Notes: generated by a model from the letters alone, not told the origin. A stretch of 61,201 bases of DNA from a virus (IMGVR_UViG_3300009790_000010:1-61201); one strand, 5' to 3'. Positions 17,491 through 27,838 are shown, counted from the first letter of the stretch. Translations and numbers: made by a program.

Positions 17491-20058
17491 ATGGAAGTAA
17501 CACAAGCAGTACATGATAAGATTTTAGAGCTACACAAACTGTATCCTAAAGCTACTGGTATTGGGCTAGGGAAGAAGATAGTTAATGGAGTGGACACTGG
17601 AGAGTTTGCTATTCAAATAGCAGTTCCAGAAAAGAAACCAATTTCTCAAATACCAGCAGATGAGTTAGTGAGTGCTGAAGTGGATATAGATGGTTTAAAA
17701 ATAAAAACTGATGTCGTAGAAATATCTTATAATATACGTATGACATGTGACAGTGATTGTGGTAATATAAATCCTAATCCACATAATGCAGACAATAGAG
17801 CTACTCAAAGACCTTTAAAAAGTGGAATAGCTGTATCAAGTAGAAATAATGATTCAACTGTAGGAACTCTAGGAGGTTTTGTAATACATAGTGAAACTAA
17901 TGGTGTAGTTGGTTTAACAAACAATCACGTTTCAATCAATGATGCTTTCTTTACATCTGATAGAGACATTAATGGCTTTTTATTAAATGACGCATTTCCT
18001 GTAAATAGAGTTTATAATAATGTACAAGGTCCTAGTACACCTACATCTAATAACTTCGGAGTAAGTTTAAGATATGTTCCTATACATTCTATTGCTTCAG
18101 GACAAGTAAATCAAGTGGATGCTGCTATATGTTCAGTAGCACAGGAAGATTTTTCATCAACTGCATCTTGGTTACAAGTAGGACTGGAATCTATAATGGG
18201 ACCAGACGCTCCACCTTTTGCAAGCACTCAAGAGTTAGATAATATATTAGCTACAAATCCTCCTTTATATACAGCTGGTTACAGAACTGGTGCTAAAGGA
18301 TTGGAACCTGAGTGTCCTCTAAGAGTAAGTTCTTCTCCTCAGTTAGTAAGTCCAATATGCTATCAAATGCAAAATCCTACACAAGCTGATTTAAATCTTC
18401 TATGTGTTGATAGTGATTATGCTGTACCATGTACATTTACAAGATCTATACAGTTTGTAAAACCTACACAAGAAGATCCTAATTCTCAAACTCCAGGATG
18501 TTATAACCCTATATATAGTGGTGATTCCGGATCTATGTTATTAGCAGATTTTAACGGAGTAATTAAAATAGTAGGACTAGTTTATGCTGGTTCAGGTGAT
18601 GCTACTGGTACTATATATGGTCTCGCATGTAGAATAGATGATGTAGCTGATCAGTTAGGAATAGAACAATATGTAACCACTGGAGGAGTAGGATCATCAT
18701 TAATGATAGACCCTGATAGTGTTACATACATAACTATTGATGGTGCAAGTGATGAGAAAATTATATATTGTGAGAATGAAGAATACTGGCAAGTAGGATT
18801 TACAGGTTCACTAGAAGCTAATTGTGGTCCAACCACTACTACTACCACCACTCCTATACCTACCACTACAACAACAAGTAGTTCTACAAGTACAAGTACG
18901 TCCACTACAACAACTACTGCAGTTCCAACTGTTAAATTAAATTGGTATCTTGAGACTGATACTCCTGCAGATATAGATACTGTGAGTATGGAGATATCTA
19001 GAAATGGTGTATCTGAAGCCACCTCATCTATTACAACAGCAACAACCCCAACTACTGGATTCGTAGACTGTAATACAGGTGATACTATAGCTGTAACAAT
19101 AACCAACACTAAGGCTGGTACAAATAATCTTAATAATAGAGGAATTCTTGATGGTGTTGTTCTATTAAACGACACATCACTAGAAACTGGATCAAAAGTT
19201 TCTACATTCTCCTTTACAAAAACAGGAGCTACAGAGGATTTAGAAATGAAGGGAAATGTTGAACCTACAACCACTACTACTTCTACTACTACATCTTTTG
19301 TAATGACTTGGGAGTTTGAAGGTGTAGAGCCTAGTACTACTAAGTCTTGGAGAGATACAACACTTGAAATATTTAATAACGGAGTTACAGTAGTAGGTCC
19401 TCTAACATTTGATGCAGGTACTCCTACAGGTAGTGGAACATTCACAGTGAGTCCAGGAGACAAGATAACTCAAAGTCTTACTACAGATAACAACCCTTCA
19501 TCATACCCACAATATGCAGAACATGAACAGTATAAAGGAAGTGTATCAGGAGGTATAACTTTACTGGATACGGATTCAGGTTTTATAGCAGCTAATGCTT
19601 CTAAGACAGATACCTTAACTTTATTAACAATAGGTGCTACACCAACAGATCCAAAGATAAAATATAAAGTTATTGTAACTGCTGCTTCAACATCGAGTAT
19701 TACTGTAGATATGGAAGATATAGGAAGTACGGCTCAGTTTTTAAGTATTACTGATACAACAGATTCTAATATAGGAAAGTTCTTTGAGAAGACATCTACT
19801 ACAGCAAGTGATGGAACCTACACTACTGAGTTCTTCCAAGAAGGTCACGTATATGAATTAGAAATGTCTTATCAGAAATCAGCTCCTGGAGATGATGATA
19901 CAATATTACAAACAGCAGTAGGGGCAGGTGCTTCATTAGTTTCAGACAGTGATACAGGTGTAGCTCAAAGTATAATAGGACCTATTACTACTACATTTAG
20001 TCCAACTAATGTAACTGGTGGAACTATAACAATCGGATTTAGTCAAACATCACCATAA
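17491..20058 (+). CDS. Trypsin-like serine protease fused to Thr linkers and Ig-like domains
   Basis: GTLGGF, LTNNHV (His 17926), QVDAAI (Asp 18118), GDSGS (Ser 18526), IVGLVYAG. Confidence 0.82.
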   Translation: MEVTQAVHDKILELHKLYPKATGIGLGKKIVNGVDTGEFAIQIAVPEKKPISQIPADELVSAEVDIDGLKIKTDVVEISYNIRMTCDSDCGNINPNPHNADNRATQRPLKSGIAVSSRNNDSTVGTLGGFVIHSETNGVVGLTNNHVSINDAFFTSDRDINGFLLNDAFPVNRVYNNVQGPSTPTSNNFGVSLRYVPIHSIASGQVNQVDAAICSVAQEDFSSTASWLQVGLESIMGPDAPPFASTQELDNILATNPPLYTAGYRTGAKGLEPECPLRVSSSPQLVSPICYQMQNPTQADLNLLCVDSDYAVPCTFTRSIQFVKPTQEDPNSQTPGCYNPIYSGDSGSMLLADFNGVIKIVGLVYAGSGDATGTIYGLACRIDDVADQLGIEQYVTTGGVGSSLMIDPDSVTYITIDGASDEKIIYCENEEYWQVGFTGSLEANCGPTTTTTTTPIPTTTTTSSSTSTSTSTTTTTAVPTVKLNWYLETDTPADIDTVSMEISRNGVSEATSSITTATTPTTGFVDCNTGDTIAVTITNTKAGTNNLNNRGILDGVVLLNDTSLETGSKVSTFSFTKTGATEDLEMKGNVEPTTTTTSTTTSFVMTWEFEGVEPSTTKSWRDTTLEIFNNGVTVVGPLTFDAGTPTGSGTFTVSPGDKITQSLTTDNNPSSYPQYAEHEQYKGSVSGGITLLDTDSGFIAANASKTDTLTLLTIGATPTDPKIKYKVIVTAASTSSITVDMEDIGSTAQFLSITDTTDSNIGKFFEKTSTTASDGTYTTEFFQEGHVYELEMSYQKSAPGDDDTILQTAVGAGASLVSDSDTGVAQSIIGPITTTFSPTNVTGGTITIGFSQTSP

Positions 20059-20083
20059 GGTGAACAAATAAAATAATAAAATT

Positions 20084-21220
20084 ATGTCAACACAAAATTG
20101 CTCAAACTGTTATAACGGCTGTACTGAAATTACTTCAGACAAGTGCGTTAAATATACAGGTGTAGACGTTCCTATAATGGGAATAAAGAATGGTGATTCT
20201 CTATCTTATGTAGAGCAAGCACTTATTACCTTTTTAGGTTCTACACTTGATGGCACAGGAATACATCCTGTTGTCCCACCATCAGATATATGTCCTGAAG
20301 TACAGGCTTATCTAGATGATTGTAATCCTCTATCATTAAATAACTATCTAACAGCTATAATTAAAGTTATCTGTGATTTAAATACAGAGATAGAAGAGAT
20401 AGAAGGAAATCAACCTAGTACCCCTTATAATGTCGAGTGTGTATCTGGAGTTTCAGATAATACTAGTACACAAGATGTGTTACAACAAACCATAGTAAAG
20501 TTATGTGAAGTTGAGCAATCACTGAATACTTTTATTACTGATGTTACTACTAACTATGTACAAATTGTTGACATAAATACATACATAGAGAATTATTTAA
20601 ATACTAATCCGGAACAACAGTTGATAAGTAATAGTATGGTTCCATACTCTGCTCAACCATATTTTGGACCCTTAACACCATTTGATGCATCTGGTGCGGG
20701 TATAGGAGTATGGGATAGAATATTCTTATGTAATGGATCCAATGGGACACCAGACTTAAGAGGAAGAGTTCCTGTAGGAGCAACAGATATGCCTGGAGTA
20801 TCAATGGATGTACAAGTAGACCCTGCTATAGTGGGTAATCCTACATACAATTTAAATGATCTTAATGGAGTTAACCAAGTAACATTATTAACAACACAGA
20901 TCCCATCTCATACTCATACAGGTACAGTAGGAGCTCCTGATCCTGTAACTCATACTCACCAGATGTTAGTTAAACCAGGTGTAATGGGACAAGGAGGAGC
21001 TACTGTTTACACTGATTACTCTAATCCTGGAGGAAGAGGAGAAGGTGGTAGAAGAACAATGGATAGTGGTGTTGCTGGTAATGGAGGTATACAGGCAGCA
21101 TACACTGAAGAGGGAGGAGATCATTCCCACACTCTTACTATTAACGCTACTGGTGGAGGTTTATCTCACGATAATTTCCAACCTGGAATTGGAGCATATT
21201 ATATAATTTATTTACCTTAA
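20084..21220 (+). CDS. Tail fibre/collar-domain protein
   Basis: FLCNGSNGTPDLRGRVPVG collar motif, three HxH motifs, terminal HDNFQPGIGAYYII. Confidence 0.78.
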   Translation: MSTQNCSNCYNGCTEITSDKCVKYTGVDVPIMGIKNGDSLSYVEQALITFLGSTLDGTGIHPVVPPSDICPEVQAYLDDCNPLSLNNYLTAIIKVICDLNTEIEEIEGNQPSTPYNVECVSGVSDNTSTQDVLQQTIVKLCEVEQSLNTFITDVTTNYVQIVDINTYIENYLNTNPEQQLISNSMVPYSAQPYFGPLTPFDASGAGIGVWDRIFLCNGSNGTPDLRGRVPVGATDMPGVSMDVQVDPAIVGNPTYNLNDLNGVNQVTLLTTQIPSHTHTGTVGAPDPVTHTHQMLVKPGVMGQGGATVYTDYSNPGGRGEGGRRTMDSGVAGNGGIQAAYTEEGGDHSHTLTINATGGGLSHDNFQPGIGAYYIIYLP

Positions 21221-21230
21221 CACTAAAACA

Positions 21231-21539
21231 ATGGCATACTTACCTACTAATCCTTGTTGTACTGATGTAGTTGTGAACACTCCTTGCGGATGTTCCAGCA
21301 CTGTAACGTGTGATCCATGTGAAACTGGAGTACATTTTTCTAAATCTATTACATACAATGGACCGATATTACCTTGTTCTAATGTTCAACCTTGCGATGA
21401 TTTAAACGTTGCTTTATCTAAAATTGATGAACTTCTTTGTACATTGAAGAATCAACAACTTACAAACACACAAGAGATTGCATTAATGAAACAAAACATA
21501 ATTGATATAAATAATACATTAAGTACTTGTTGCCCATAA
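21231..21539 (+). CDS. Small Cys-rich fibre-associated protein
   Basis: ITYNGPILPC...DDLNVALSKIDELLC resembles the N-terminus of the preceding fibre (VKYTGVDVP...GDSLSYVEQAL). Confidence 0.65.
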   Translation: MAYLPTNPCCTDVVVNTPCGCSSTVTCDPCETGVHFSKSITYNGPILPCSNVQPCDDLNVALSKIDELLCTLKNQQLTNTQEIALMKQNIIDINNTLSTCCP

Positions 21540-21540
21540 T

Positions 21541-21789
21541 ATGGAAGCATTTATAAAACTAACCACTGCAGGAAACAACACTGGACCCTTCAATCTGTTC
21601 TCAGATGTGGATGGGTTCACTGCTGCTTTTGAAACTAGTATAAGTAAAGCTAGTTTATTAGCAGGATACACTAGTACGGTAGTTCCTGATTTTACTACTA
21701 CAATCAAAGTGGCATCAGATTCACTATGTGAGAATAGTTTTGATATTATATTACAACAACCAACAACAACAACAACCACAACAGTATAA
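21541..21789 (+). CDS. Small structural protein, GPFxLFS domain family copy 1
   Basis: GPFNLFSDVDGFTAAFET; poly-Thr tail. Confidence 0.75.
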   Translation: MEAFIKLTTAGNNTGPFNLFSDVDGFTAAFETSISKASLLAGYTSTVVPDFTTTIKVASDSLCENSFDIILQQPTTTTTTTV

Positions 21790-21791
21790 TT

Positions 21792-22925
21792 ATGGCTTTA
21801 ATAGAGATAACATTAACAATAGACGGACAAGCAGGACCATTTGATTTATTTTCAAATGTAGATGGCTATACAGCAGCTTTTGATACACAAGTACCTGCAG
21901 CAAGTTTAATTGCTGGATACGTAGTAGCAGCTCCTGCAGGCACCTCTACTGTTAGAGTTTGTTCTACAGGTGTATGTACTAACTGTGTAGATATTCCTAC
22001 TAACTGTCCTACTACAACTACAACAACTAGTTCTAGTACGTCAACCACTACAAGTACTTCAACATCTACTTCAACTACTACAACAGAAGTACCACCAAAT
22101 AAACTTAACTGGGAGCTGATAACGAACACTCCAGGTTCTCTACTTGCAGCAGATCCACAAAGTAGTAACTTAAAAATAGATGTTAATGGAGTTAATGTAG
22201 TAGATGCAACTATCACAGGTAATGCTTCTACACAAAGTGGAAGTATACAAATCTTACCAGGAGATGTAGTTTCTGCTACGATAGATAGTGATAGAACAGG
22301 TATATACAACTTTATTAATACTATTCAAAAAGATGGTTTATTATATCAGGCACAAGATGTATGTAATTTGTGTAGTAATACTTTTGTAACTCTTATGAGT
22401 CCGGATTATACTGGAGCAGGAGTTGATGTAGACTTTAGTTTTGTTGCTGATACATATAAAGAACTTACAACAACAACTACAAGTTCTAGTTCTAGTACTA
22501 GTACTACAACGACCAGTACTTCTTCTTCAACAACTACAACTACTACAACATGTGATTGTTCATTAAATGGTGCAAGTGCAGTTACAACAGGAACTACAAC
22601 TACTAAATTTCCTCCACCAACAACAACTACTACTACTACAAATAATCTATGGGCAGGATTGAGATCAATAAACTCTACACCTACTTCCTCACCAGGAGCA
22701 GCTTGTGACTTTGATTTAGTTTCTTTTGTATGGAAAAATGGAGTAGCATCTACACCTGAGGTAGGAGATATATTATATAATAACGCAGGAGGTACTGTTA
22801 CATTTAACGGAAATAATGAGTTTTGGCACTATGAGCCTTCAATAGCAAATCCACTAAGTACTTCTTACAATATTGAAGTAGATACAAATGGTGTAATATT
22901 GTCTAAATTTCCTTGTACCGCTTAA
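21792..22925 (+). CDS. Structural protein, GPFxLFS domain copy 2 with Thr linkers and Ig-like domains
   Basis: GPFDLFSNVDGYTAAFDT, three Thr/Ser runs. Confidence 0.75.
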   Translation: MALIEITLTIDGQAGPFDLFSNVDGYTAAFDTQVPAASLIAGYVVAAPAGTSTVRVCSTGVCTNCVDIPTNCPTTTTTTSSSTSTTTSTSTSTSTTTTEVPPNKLNWELITNTPGSLLAADPQSSNLKIDVNGVNVVDATITGNASTQSGSIQILPGDVVSATIDSDRTGIYNFINTIQKDGLLYQAQDVCNLCSNTFVTLMSPDYTGAGVDVDFSFVADTYKELTTTTTSSSSSTSTTTTSTSSSTTTTTTTCDCSLNGASAVTTGTTTTKFPPPTTTTTTTNNLWAGLRSINSTPTSSPGAACDFDLVSFVWKNGVASTPEVGDILYNNAGGTVTFNGNNEFWHYEPSIANPLSTSYNIEVDTNGVILSKFPCTA

Positions 22926-22937
22926 AATAAATTAGAT

Positions 22938-23168
22938 ATGGCTTTAACAAATATAAAATTAACATCAGCAGGAGTATGCTCAGGACCTTGTGATCTTTAT
23001 TCAGATGCAGATGGTTATACGGTTGCTTTTGAAACTGGTATATCTACCACTGTATTAACAAGTATACTGGGATATAGTACATTTAATGTACCTGCTGGAA
23101 GTACAATTATTAGAATACAAAATAACAATGCAGACTGTAGTAATTTTGTAGATACTCCTATAACATAA
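22938..23168 (+). CDS. Small structural protein, GPFxLFS domain copy 3 (stand-alone)
   Basis: GPCDLYSDADGYTVAFET. Confidence 0.72.
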   Translation: MALTNIKLTSAGVCSGPCDLYSDADGYTVAFETGISTTVLTSILGYSTFNVPAGSTIIRIQNNNADCSNFVDTPIT

Positions 23169-23177
23169 CAACATAAC

Positions 23178-23840
23178 ATGGCAATACTTATACAAGCTAG
23201 TAGCATAGGAAGTGATGCAGAACCTTTTAACTTATTTTCTCAAGTAAATGGTTTCACACAAGCTTTTGAAACAGGTATAACAGCAGCTCAGTTGCTCATA
23301 GGGTTTGTTTCTTATAATGCTCCTGTAGGAACTACAGTAGTCCGAATTATATCTGACAATCCTGAGTGCCAAAACTATGTAGATGTTGATATAAATGTAC
23401 CCCCAGTTTGTCCTAATCAAACAATAGTTATCTCTATATGTAATAGTGGTGCAACTACACAAGATAATTTTGATATAGTATTAAACGGAGTGACAATAGG
23501 ATCAGTTGATTTAAGTGCAGCATCTCAAGATGGATCAGTAATGGTTGCTAGTAATGTTCCTCAAATTATAACCCAACCTAACTTTGCATGTCCCCTAGGT
23601 AATATGACTTTATCGTTTTTTGATCCCTCTCTTATTAGTTATAGAAATACTATAGAGATGGTAAACACTCAGAACAATGGAAACGGTAATATAGGAACAC
23701 TTAATATAAGTAACTACGATATAGTAGGAAATCAATTAGAAACTCCTTGTAATGTTGCTGACTTTGATTTTAGTGGAGTTTCAGGAGATGATTTTGAATT
23801 TACATGGTTTCATCAAAGCTGTTGTAACGATCCTGTATAA
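23178..23840 (+). CDS. Structural protein, GPFxLFS domain copy 4 plus a C-terminal beta domain
   Basis: EPFNLFSQVNGFTQAFET. Confidence 0.75.
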   Translation: MAILIQASSIGSDAEPFNLFSQVNGFTQAFETGITAAQLLIGFVSYNAPVGTTVVRIISDNPECQNYVDVDINVPPVCPNQTIVISICNSGATTQDNFDIVLNGVTIGSVDLSAASQDGSVMVASNVPQIITQPNFACPLGNMTLSFFDPSLISYRNTIEMVNTQNNGNGNIGTLNISNYDIVGNQLETPCNVADFDFSGVSGDDFEFTWFHQSCCNDPV

Positions 23841-23878
23841 GATATAAAAAGTTCTCTTTTGTTGGTTTTAGAGAACTT

Positions 23879-23915
23879 CTCCTAGGGGCTATAATGCCCT
23901 TGGGAGTTTTTATTT
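23879..23915 (+). terminator. Intrinsic terminator closing the fibre/decoration block
   Basis: CTCCTAGGGGC-TATAAT-GCCCTTGGGAG then TTTTTATTT; preceded by a second hairpin AAGTTCTCT/AGAGAACTT. Confidence 0.8.
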
Positions 23916-23983
23916 ATAACGAAACTAATTATAAAGAATAACACTCGTGGTTAATTTTTTTATGTTTACTCAAATAATTTATC

Positions 23984-23991
23984 TATCTTTG
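23984..23991 (+). promoter_or_regulatory. Bacteroidetes -7 promoter box
   Basis: TATCTTTG 28 nt before ATG 24020, downstream of a terminator. Confidence 0.6.
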
Positions 23992-24019
23992 GGATATTTA
24001 CTAATTAAATACAACAAAT

Positions 24020-25264
24020 ATGTCTGAGAATCAGAGTCTTCTTAATCAGCTTAAAGAGCTATTGAGAAGAAAAAGGAGTAAACAATGGTATGCAGATAAA
24101 CTAAGCATAACTGTTGATGAAGTAAACGAACTAATAAAAGAACTAAAGGGTAAGAAATACGAGGATGGAGATAAGTTCTTAGATAATGCAACCAACAGTA
24201 AACAATTTGAAGAAGCAGTAAGAAAGGTTAGCAATGAACAAGGGACAATAGAAAGCACAATAACTCTAGACTTTGAACCAAAAAGTGATATAGAGTTAGC
24301 TAAATTACACAAGATAGACCTAGAAAGGTATGTTATTACAAACTATTGGTCTAAAGTTCTTCCCAGTGGGAAGTTCACATCTTCAGTCTTTTCTAGAAGA
24401 AAAGGTGCGAAAGATTATACAGCTGAAGATTTCAGCAAGTTCTTAAAGAACTATAAATCAAACTACATTCCAATCCCTTCCCCTAAACGCAATGAGTCTA
24501 AACTAAAAGCAGATATAGAGTTATCTATTTCTGATTACCATTTAGCTAAGAGACATGTGGATGGGGATAATGATCCGGAGGTTAGAGTTATGAGATTCTT
24601 TGATGTTGCAGAGAACCTCACAGAGAAGGTTAGATCAGTTTATGATATAAATAAAGTGGTGTTTCCTATATCTAATGATTTCTTTCATACAGATAATTAT
24701 CAGAAGTCTACTACTAATGGCACTCCTCAAGATATAATGATGGATTATGCTACAGAGTATGAACAAGGATTTAATGTTCTTGTAGATACTATAAAGATGT
24801 TAAAGGCTAATAGTGAACATGTAGAAGTAATACTTGTACAAGGTAATCACGATCGAACTAAGTCTTATTATTTGGCTCATGCTTTGGATATATATTTTAA
24901 AGCTGATGACAATATAACTTTTGTAAGAGAAGAAGGTCTTATAAAGGCTACGGTAGTTGGTAATACATTTATTGGTTTTCATCATGGAAACTGTAAACTT
25001 GATGCTCTACCTCTGTTATTTGCAACACATCCAACATATAGTAAATGGTTTGGAGATGCTACATATAGAGAAGTACATACAGGTGATAAACATCACTACA
25101 TGGCTAAAGAGATAAAGGGAGTGAGAATACAACAAATGCCTAGTTTATCTGGAGCAGATAGATGGCATAAAGATAATAACTTTGTACACAGTGTACGAGC
25201 TGCTTTAGCCTTAGTGTATGATAATAAGGTAGGAAAGGTAGCTGAATTTGAAGAAAGAATATAA
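24020..25264 (+). CDS. Calcineurin-like metallophosphoesterase with an N-terminal HTH-like segment
   Basis: SDYH, NDFFH, GNHD, HHG and HTGDKHH motifs in the expected order. Confidence 0.85.
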   Translation: MSENQSLLNQLKELLRRKRSKQWYADKLSITVDEVNELIKELKGKKYEDGDKFLDNATNSKQFEEAVRKVSNEQGTIESTITLDFEPKSDIELAKLHKIDLERYVITNYWSKVLPSGKFTSSVFSRRKGAKDYTAEDFSKFLKNYKSNYIPIPSPKRNESKLKADIELSISDYHLAKRHVDGDNDPEVRVMRFFDVAENLTEKVRSVYDINKVVFPISNDFFHTDNYQKSTTNGTPQDIMMDYATEYEQGFNVLVDTIKMLKANSEHVEVILVQGNHDRTKSYYLAHALDIYFKADDNITFVREEGLIKATVVGNTFIGFHHGNCKLDALPLLFATHPTYSKWFGDATYREVHTGDKHHYMAKEIKGVRIQQMPSLSGADRWHKDNNFVHSVRAALALVYDNKVGKVAEFEERI

Positions 25265-25266
25265 TT

Positions 25267-25407
25267 ATGGCAACAAAATATGGAAAACCTACACCAGGTA
25301 AAAATGTAAAAGCTCCTAAGGTTCGTCCTTATAATATGAAAAAGAATTATATGAGAGAAGCTGACCAAGAGGGAGGAATAAAAGGATTCGGTAATTATAA
25401 AAAATAA
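25267..25407 (+). CDS. Small basic protein, 46 aa (MATKYGKPTPGKNVKAPKVRPYNMKK...)
   Basis: Fills the gap between 25264 and 25409; absent from the ORF track. Confidence 0.65.
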   Translation: MATKYGKPTPGKNVKAPKVRPYNMKKNYMREADQEGGIKGFGNYKK

Positions 25408-25408
25408 A

Positions 25409-25612
25409 ATGGCACCAAAATTAAAACCAAGCACAAAAGAATATTTAAGAGATTCAAGAGGTAGGATGTTACAGAAGTGGGAATGGAAACATTACACAGT
25501 TGCAAGTACTTCTACTGCTGAACTTAAAAAACTATTAATTAGTCCCTCTATGACCAGAAAAAAGAATGTCATACAGAGAGAGCTTGACAAAAGAAAATTA
25601 TGGCAACATTAA
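25409..25612 (+). CDS. Small basic hypothetical protein
   Basis: Packed ORF overlapping the next gene. Confidence 0.6.
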   Translation: MAPKLKPSTKEYLRDSRGRMLQKWEWKHYTVASTSTAELKKLLISPSMTRKKNVIQRELDKRKLWQH

Positions 25613-26328
25613 GAAAATTAGTTTCAGACGTTCGTGGAACGCATAAGATTTTATCAACAGATGCTCTTATTACAGACCGAGTTATTGCGTCTGAAATAAA
25701 GAATGCATCTCAAATGTTGATAAAGAGAGAAACTAATTTGAGAAAACTATGGGCTAGTGATACATTATACACTACTATTCCATGTTTAGAGATGAAGGAA
25801 GTTCCTATCTCAGAGTGTTGTGAGTATGCAGATGAATGTAATGTGTCTAGAACTGTACATAAGTTACCAAGAATATCAGAAGGTAACTATCAGTATGTAA
25901 TACAAGGTGTATATTCTATAGATGCTATGGGAGGAAGAGGCAGTAAACTAAAAGAAATAACAATAAATAGGTATTTAAACTTACTTAAATTACCTATAGT
26001 AAAAAATGATTATTACTTCTGGATATCTAATGGATATCTATATGTAAATAATCCTTTACTAAAAGCAATAAGACTAGCTGCATTCTTTGAAGAAGATGTA
26101 CCTAGTGAAATTATGTATCCAGATTGTGATTGTGGAGGTGTAGAATATACGGATGAAGAGTATTGTAAAAACCCTTTAGACAAAGAATATGCACTACCAG
26201 GTTATCTAGAGTCTTCAGCTCTTGGATTAGTATCTCAGAAACTTCTAGCTACATATTTCCAAATTAAAACCGATATGAGTAATGAAGGCATAGATGGACA
26301 AGCTCCAAATGCCCAACCAACTCAGTAA
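25600..26328 (+). CDS. Putative tail ring protein
   Basis: crAss ring-like pattern (LCLE-like PCLE, YFWISNGYLYV, PLDKEYALP); position before IHF-ring-muzzle. Confidence 0.65.
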   Translation: MATLRKLVSDVRGTHKILSTDALITDRVIASEIKNASQMLIKRETNLRKLWASDTLYTTIPCLEMKEVPISECCEYADECNVSRTVHKLPRISEGNYQYVIQGVYSIDAMGGRGSKLKEITINRYLNLLKLPIVKNDYYFWISNGYLYVNNPLLKAIRLAAFFEEDVPSEIMYPDCDCGGVEYTDEEYCKNPLDKEYALPGYLESSALGLVSQKLLATYFQIKTDMSNEGIDGQAPNAQPTQ

Positions 26329-26338
26329 TAAATTATAT

Positions 26339-26818
26339 ATGTCACGAGTAGCAGTTGACTGGCGAAGTGCAAGTAAAAAGAATTACGAGGACTTCTGTAA
26401 GAAGCACCCTTTAATATCCTTAACTTTTGATGAGTGGAGGAATATTCTTTATGGTTTTAATGAGTCATTTAAACACTACATTTTAGAGACAGGAGAAAAA
26501 GAAAAACTCCCTACAGGTTTTGGAGAGTTTTCAATTAATAAAAAGAAAAGAAGAAGAACTAAAGGTATTAATGGAAAAGAGTTTATAAATCTTCCTATTG
26601 ATTGGCAGAAGACCAGAGAGAAAGGAAAGGTTGTTTACAATTTTAATTATCATACCGAAGGATATTTTTTTGGATGGATGTGGTTTAAACAAACTGCTAG
26701 ATTTAGAAACTCAGATCTTTGGTACTTTAAACCATCTAGGAAAACATCAAGAGATCTTTCTCAGTATATAAAAGCAGATCCTAAATACCAACATACCTAT
26801 CATGAATGGAAAAAATAA
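26339..26818 (+). CDS. IHF-like protein of the crAss tail module
   Basis: KLPTGFGEFSINKKK and IDWQKT; ATG 26339 avoids overlap with the previous gene. Confidence 0.7.
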   Translation: MSRVAVDWRSASKKNYEDFCKKHPLISLTFDEWRNILYGFNESFKHYILETGEKEKLPTGFGEFSINKKKRRRTKGINGKEFINLPIDWQKTREKGKVVYNFNYHTEGYFFGWMWFKQTARFRNSDLWYFKPSRKTSRDLSQYIKADPKYQHTYHEWKK

Positions 26819-26821
26819 GTT

Positions 26822-27838
26822 ATGTCATACTACTATAAATACGATTTTGTATCCCCAGAGCCTCTATATGCTACAGTAAAAGAAGAGCTTAAAAGTTATT
26901 TTGATACTGGTGCTGTAGATGATTTATTATTCCCTACCTATCTAGACAAATGTCTAAGAAAGATGGGCAGAACAACTTATAAAATTACTACAGAAGTTTT
27001 ATTTATAGAAGACTTTCAGGCAAGATTACCAGATAACTTTCATGCAGTGAGAGAAGCATGGATGTGTGCTGTAATTCCAGGGAACCCTTATCCAGCAGCA
27101 TCTTCTTTCTACACTCAAGCTGCAAATGCTACTACTATTCAAGTGGCACCTCTAACTATAGGTGGTACACCTTGTAATAATCCTAAATGTCAACATCCTA
27201 ACTGTGATGGAACATGTATGCCTGAAGTGGTACAAGCTGTATATAAAACAAACAGTGAAATACCTAGAGCGTACAGAAGAACCTACTTACTTAAACCAGG
27301 AAATATATCTGCACGTAAAAGTTGTAATGTAGACTACACTAGTTCGTGGAGTCAATATAATCAACTAGCTGTAGCAGGTCGTGAATTTACTCCTGGATCT
27401 TCCACTTACGATTCTTTTGATATAAGAGATAATAAGTTTGTTACAAACTTTAGAAGAGGAGTAGTTCATTTAGTATTCTATTCTACTGATTATGATAAAA
27501 TAGGTAATCAATTAGTACCAGACAACTATCGTGTAAGAGAATACATAGAATCATTTATTAAATTTAAAGTATTTGAAACTCTAACTAATCAAACCAATGA
27601 TGAAACATTTAATCAATTACAAACAAAGTTAGTCTATTATAAACAATTAGCAGACGAAGCTTGGGTTATGGCAGAAACAGAACTTAAAAAAGAGACAACT
27701 TATCAAAAACAAAGAAGAGTTGTAACTGATCTTAATCGTAATAACATGTATGAATTACCTGATGCAAAGTCTCAAGTATCAGGAAGATACTCAAATAGAT
27801 ACGGGTATGGTTTATGGAGACGTAATGGTTGGAGTTAA
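26822..27838 (+). CDS. Tail tubular/ring protein (P22 gp4-like position)
   Basis: Directly before the muzzle; IEDFQARLPDNF; Cys-rich insert CNNPKCQHPNCDGTC. Confidence 0.65.
   Translation: MSYYYKYDFVSPEPLYATVKEELKSYFDTGAVDDLLFPTYLDKCLRKMGRTTYKITTEVLFIEDFQARLPDNFHAVREAWMCAVIPGNPYPAASSFYTQAANATTIQVAPLTIGGTPCNNPKCQHPNCDGTCMPEVVQAVYKTNSEIPRAYRRTYLLKPGNISARKSCNVDYTSSWSQYNQLAVAGREFTPGSSTYDSFDIRDNKFVTNFRRGVVHLVFYSTDYDKIGNQLVPDNYRVREYIESFIKFKVFETLTNQTNDETFNQLQTKLVYYKQLADEAWVMAETELKKETTYQKQRRVVTDLNRNNMYELPDAKSQVSGRYSNRYGYGLWRRNGWS

Noticed and set aside
14730-22640. ACT/ACA runs as microsatellites, CRISPR or DGR repeats
   Set aside because: Codon-mixed coding repeats; no repeat-spacer pattern, no adenine-variant repeat pair noticed, no reverse transcriptase in the window
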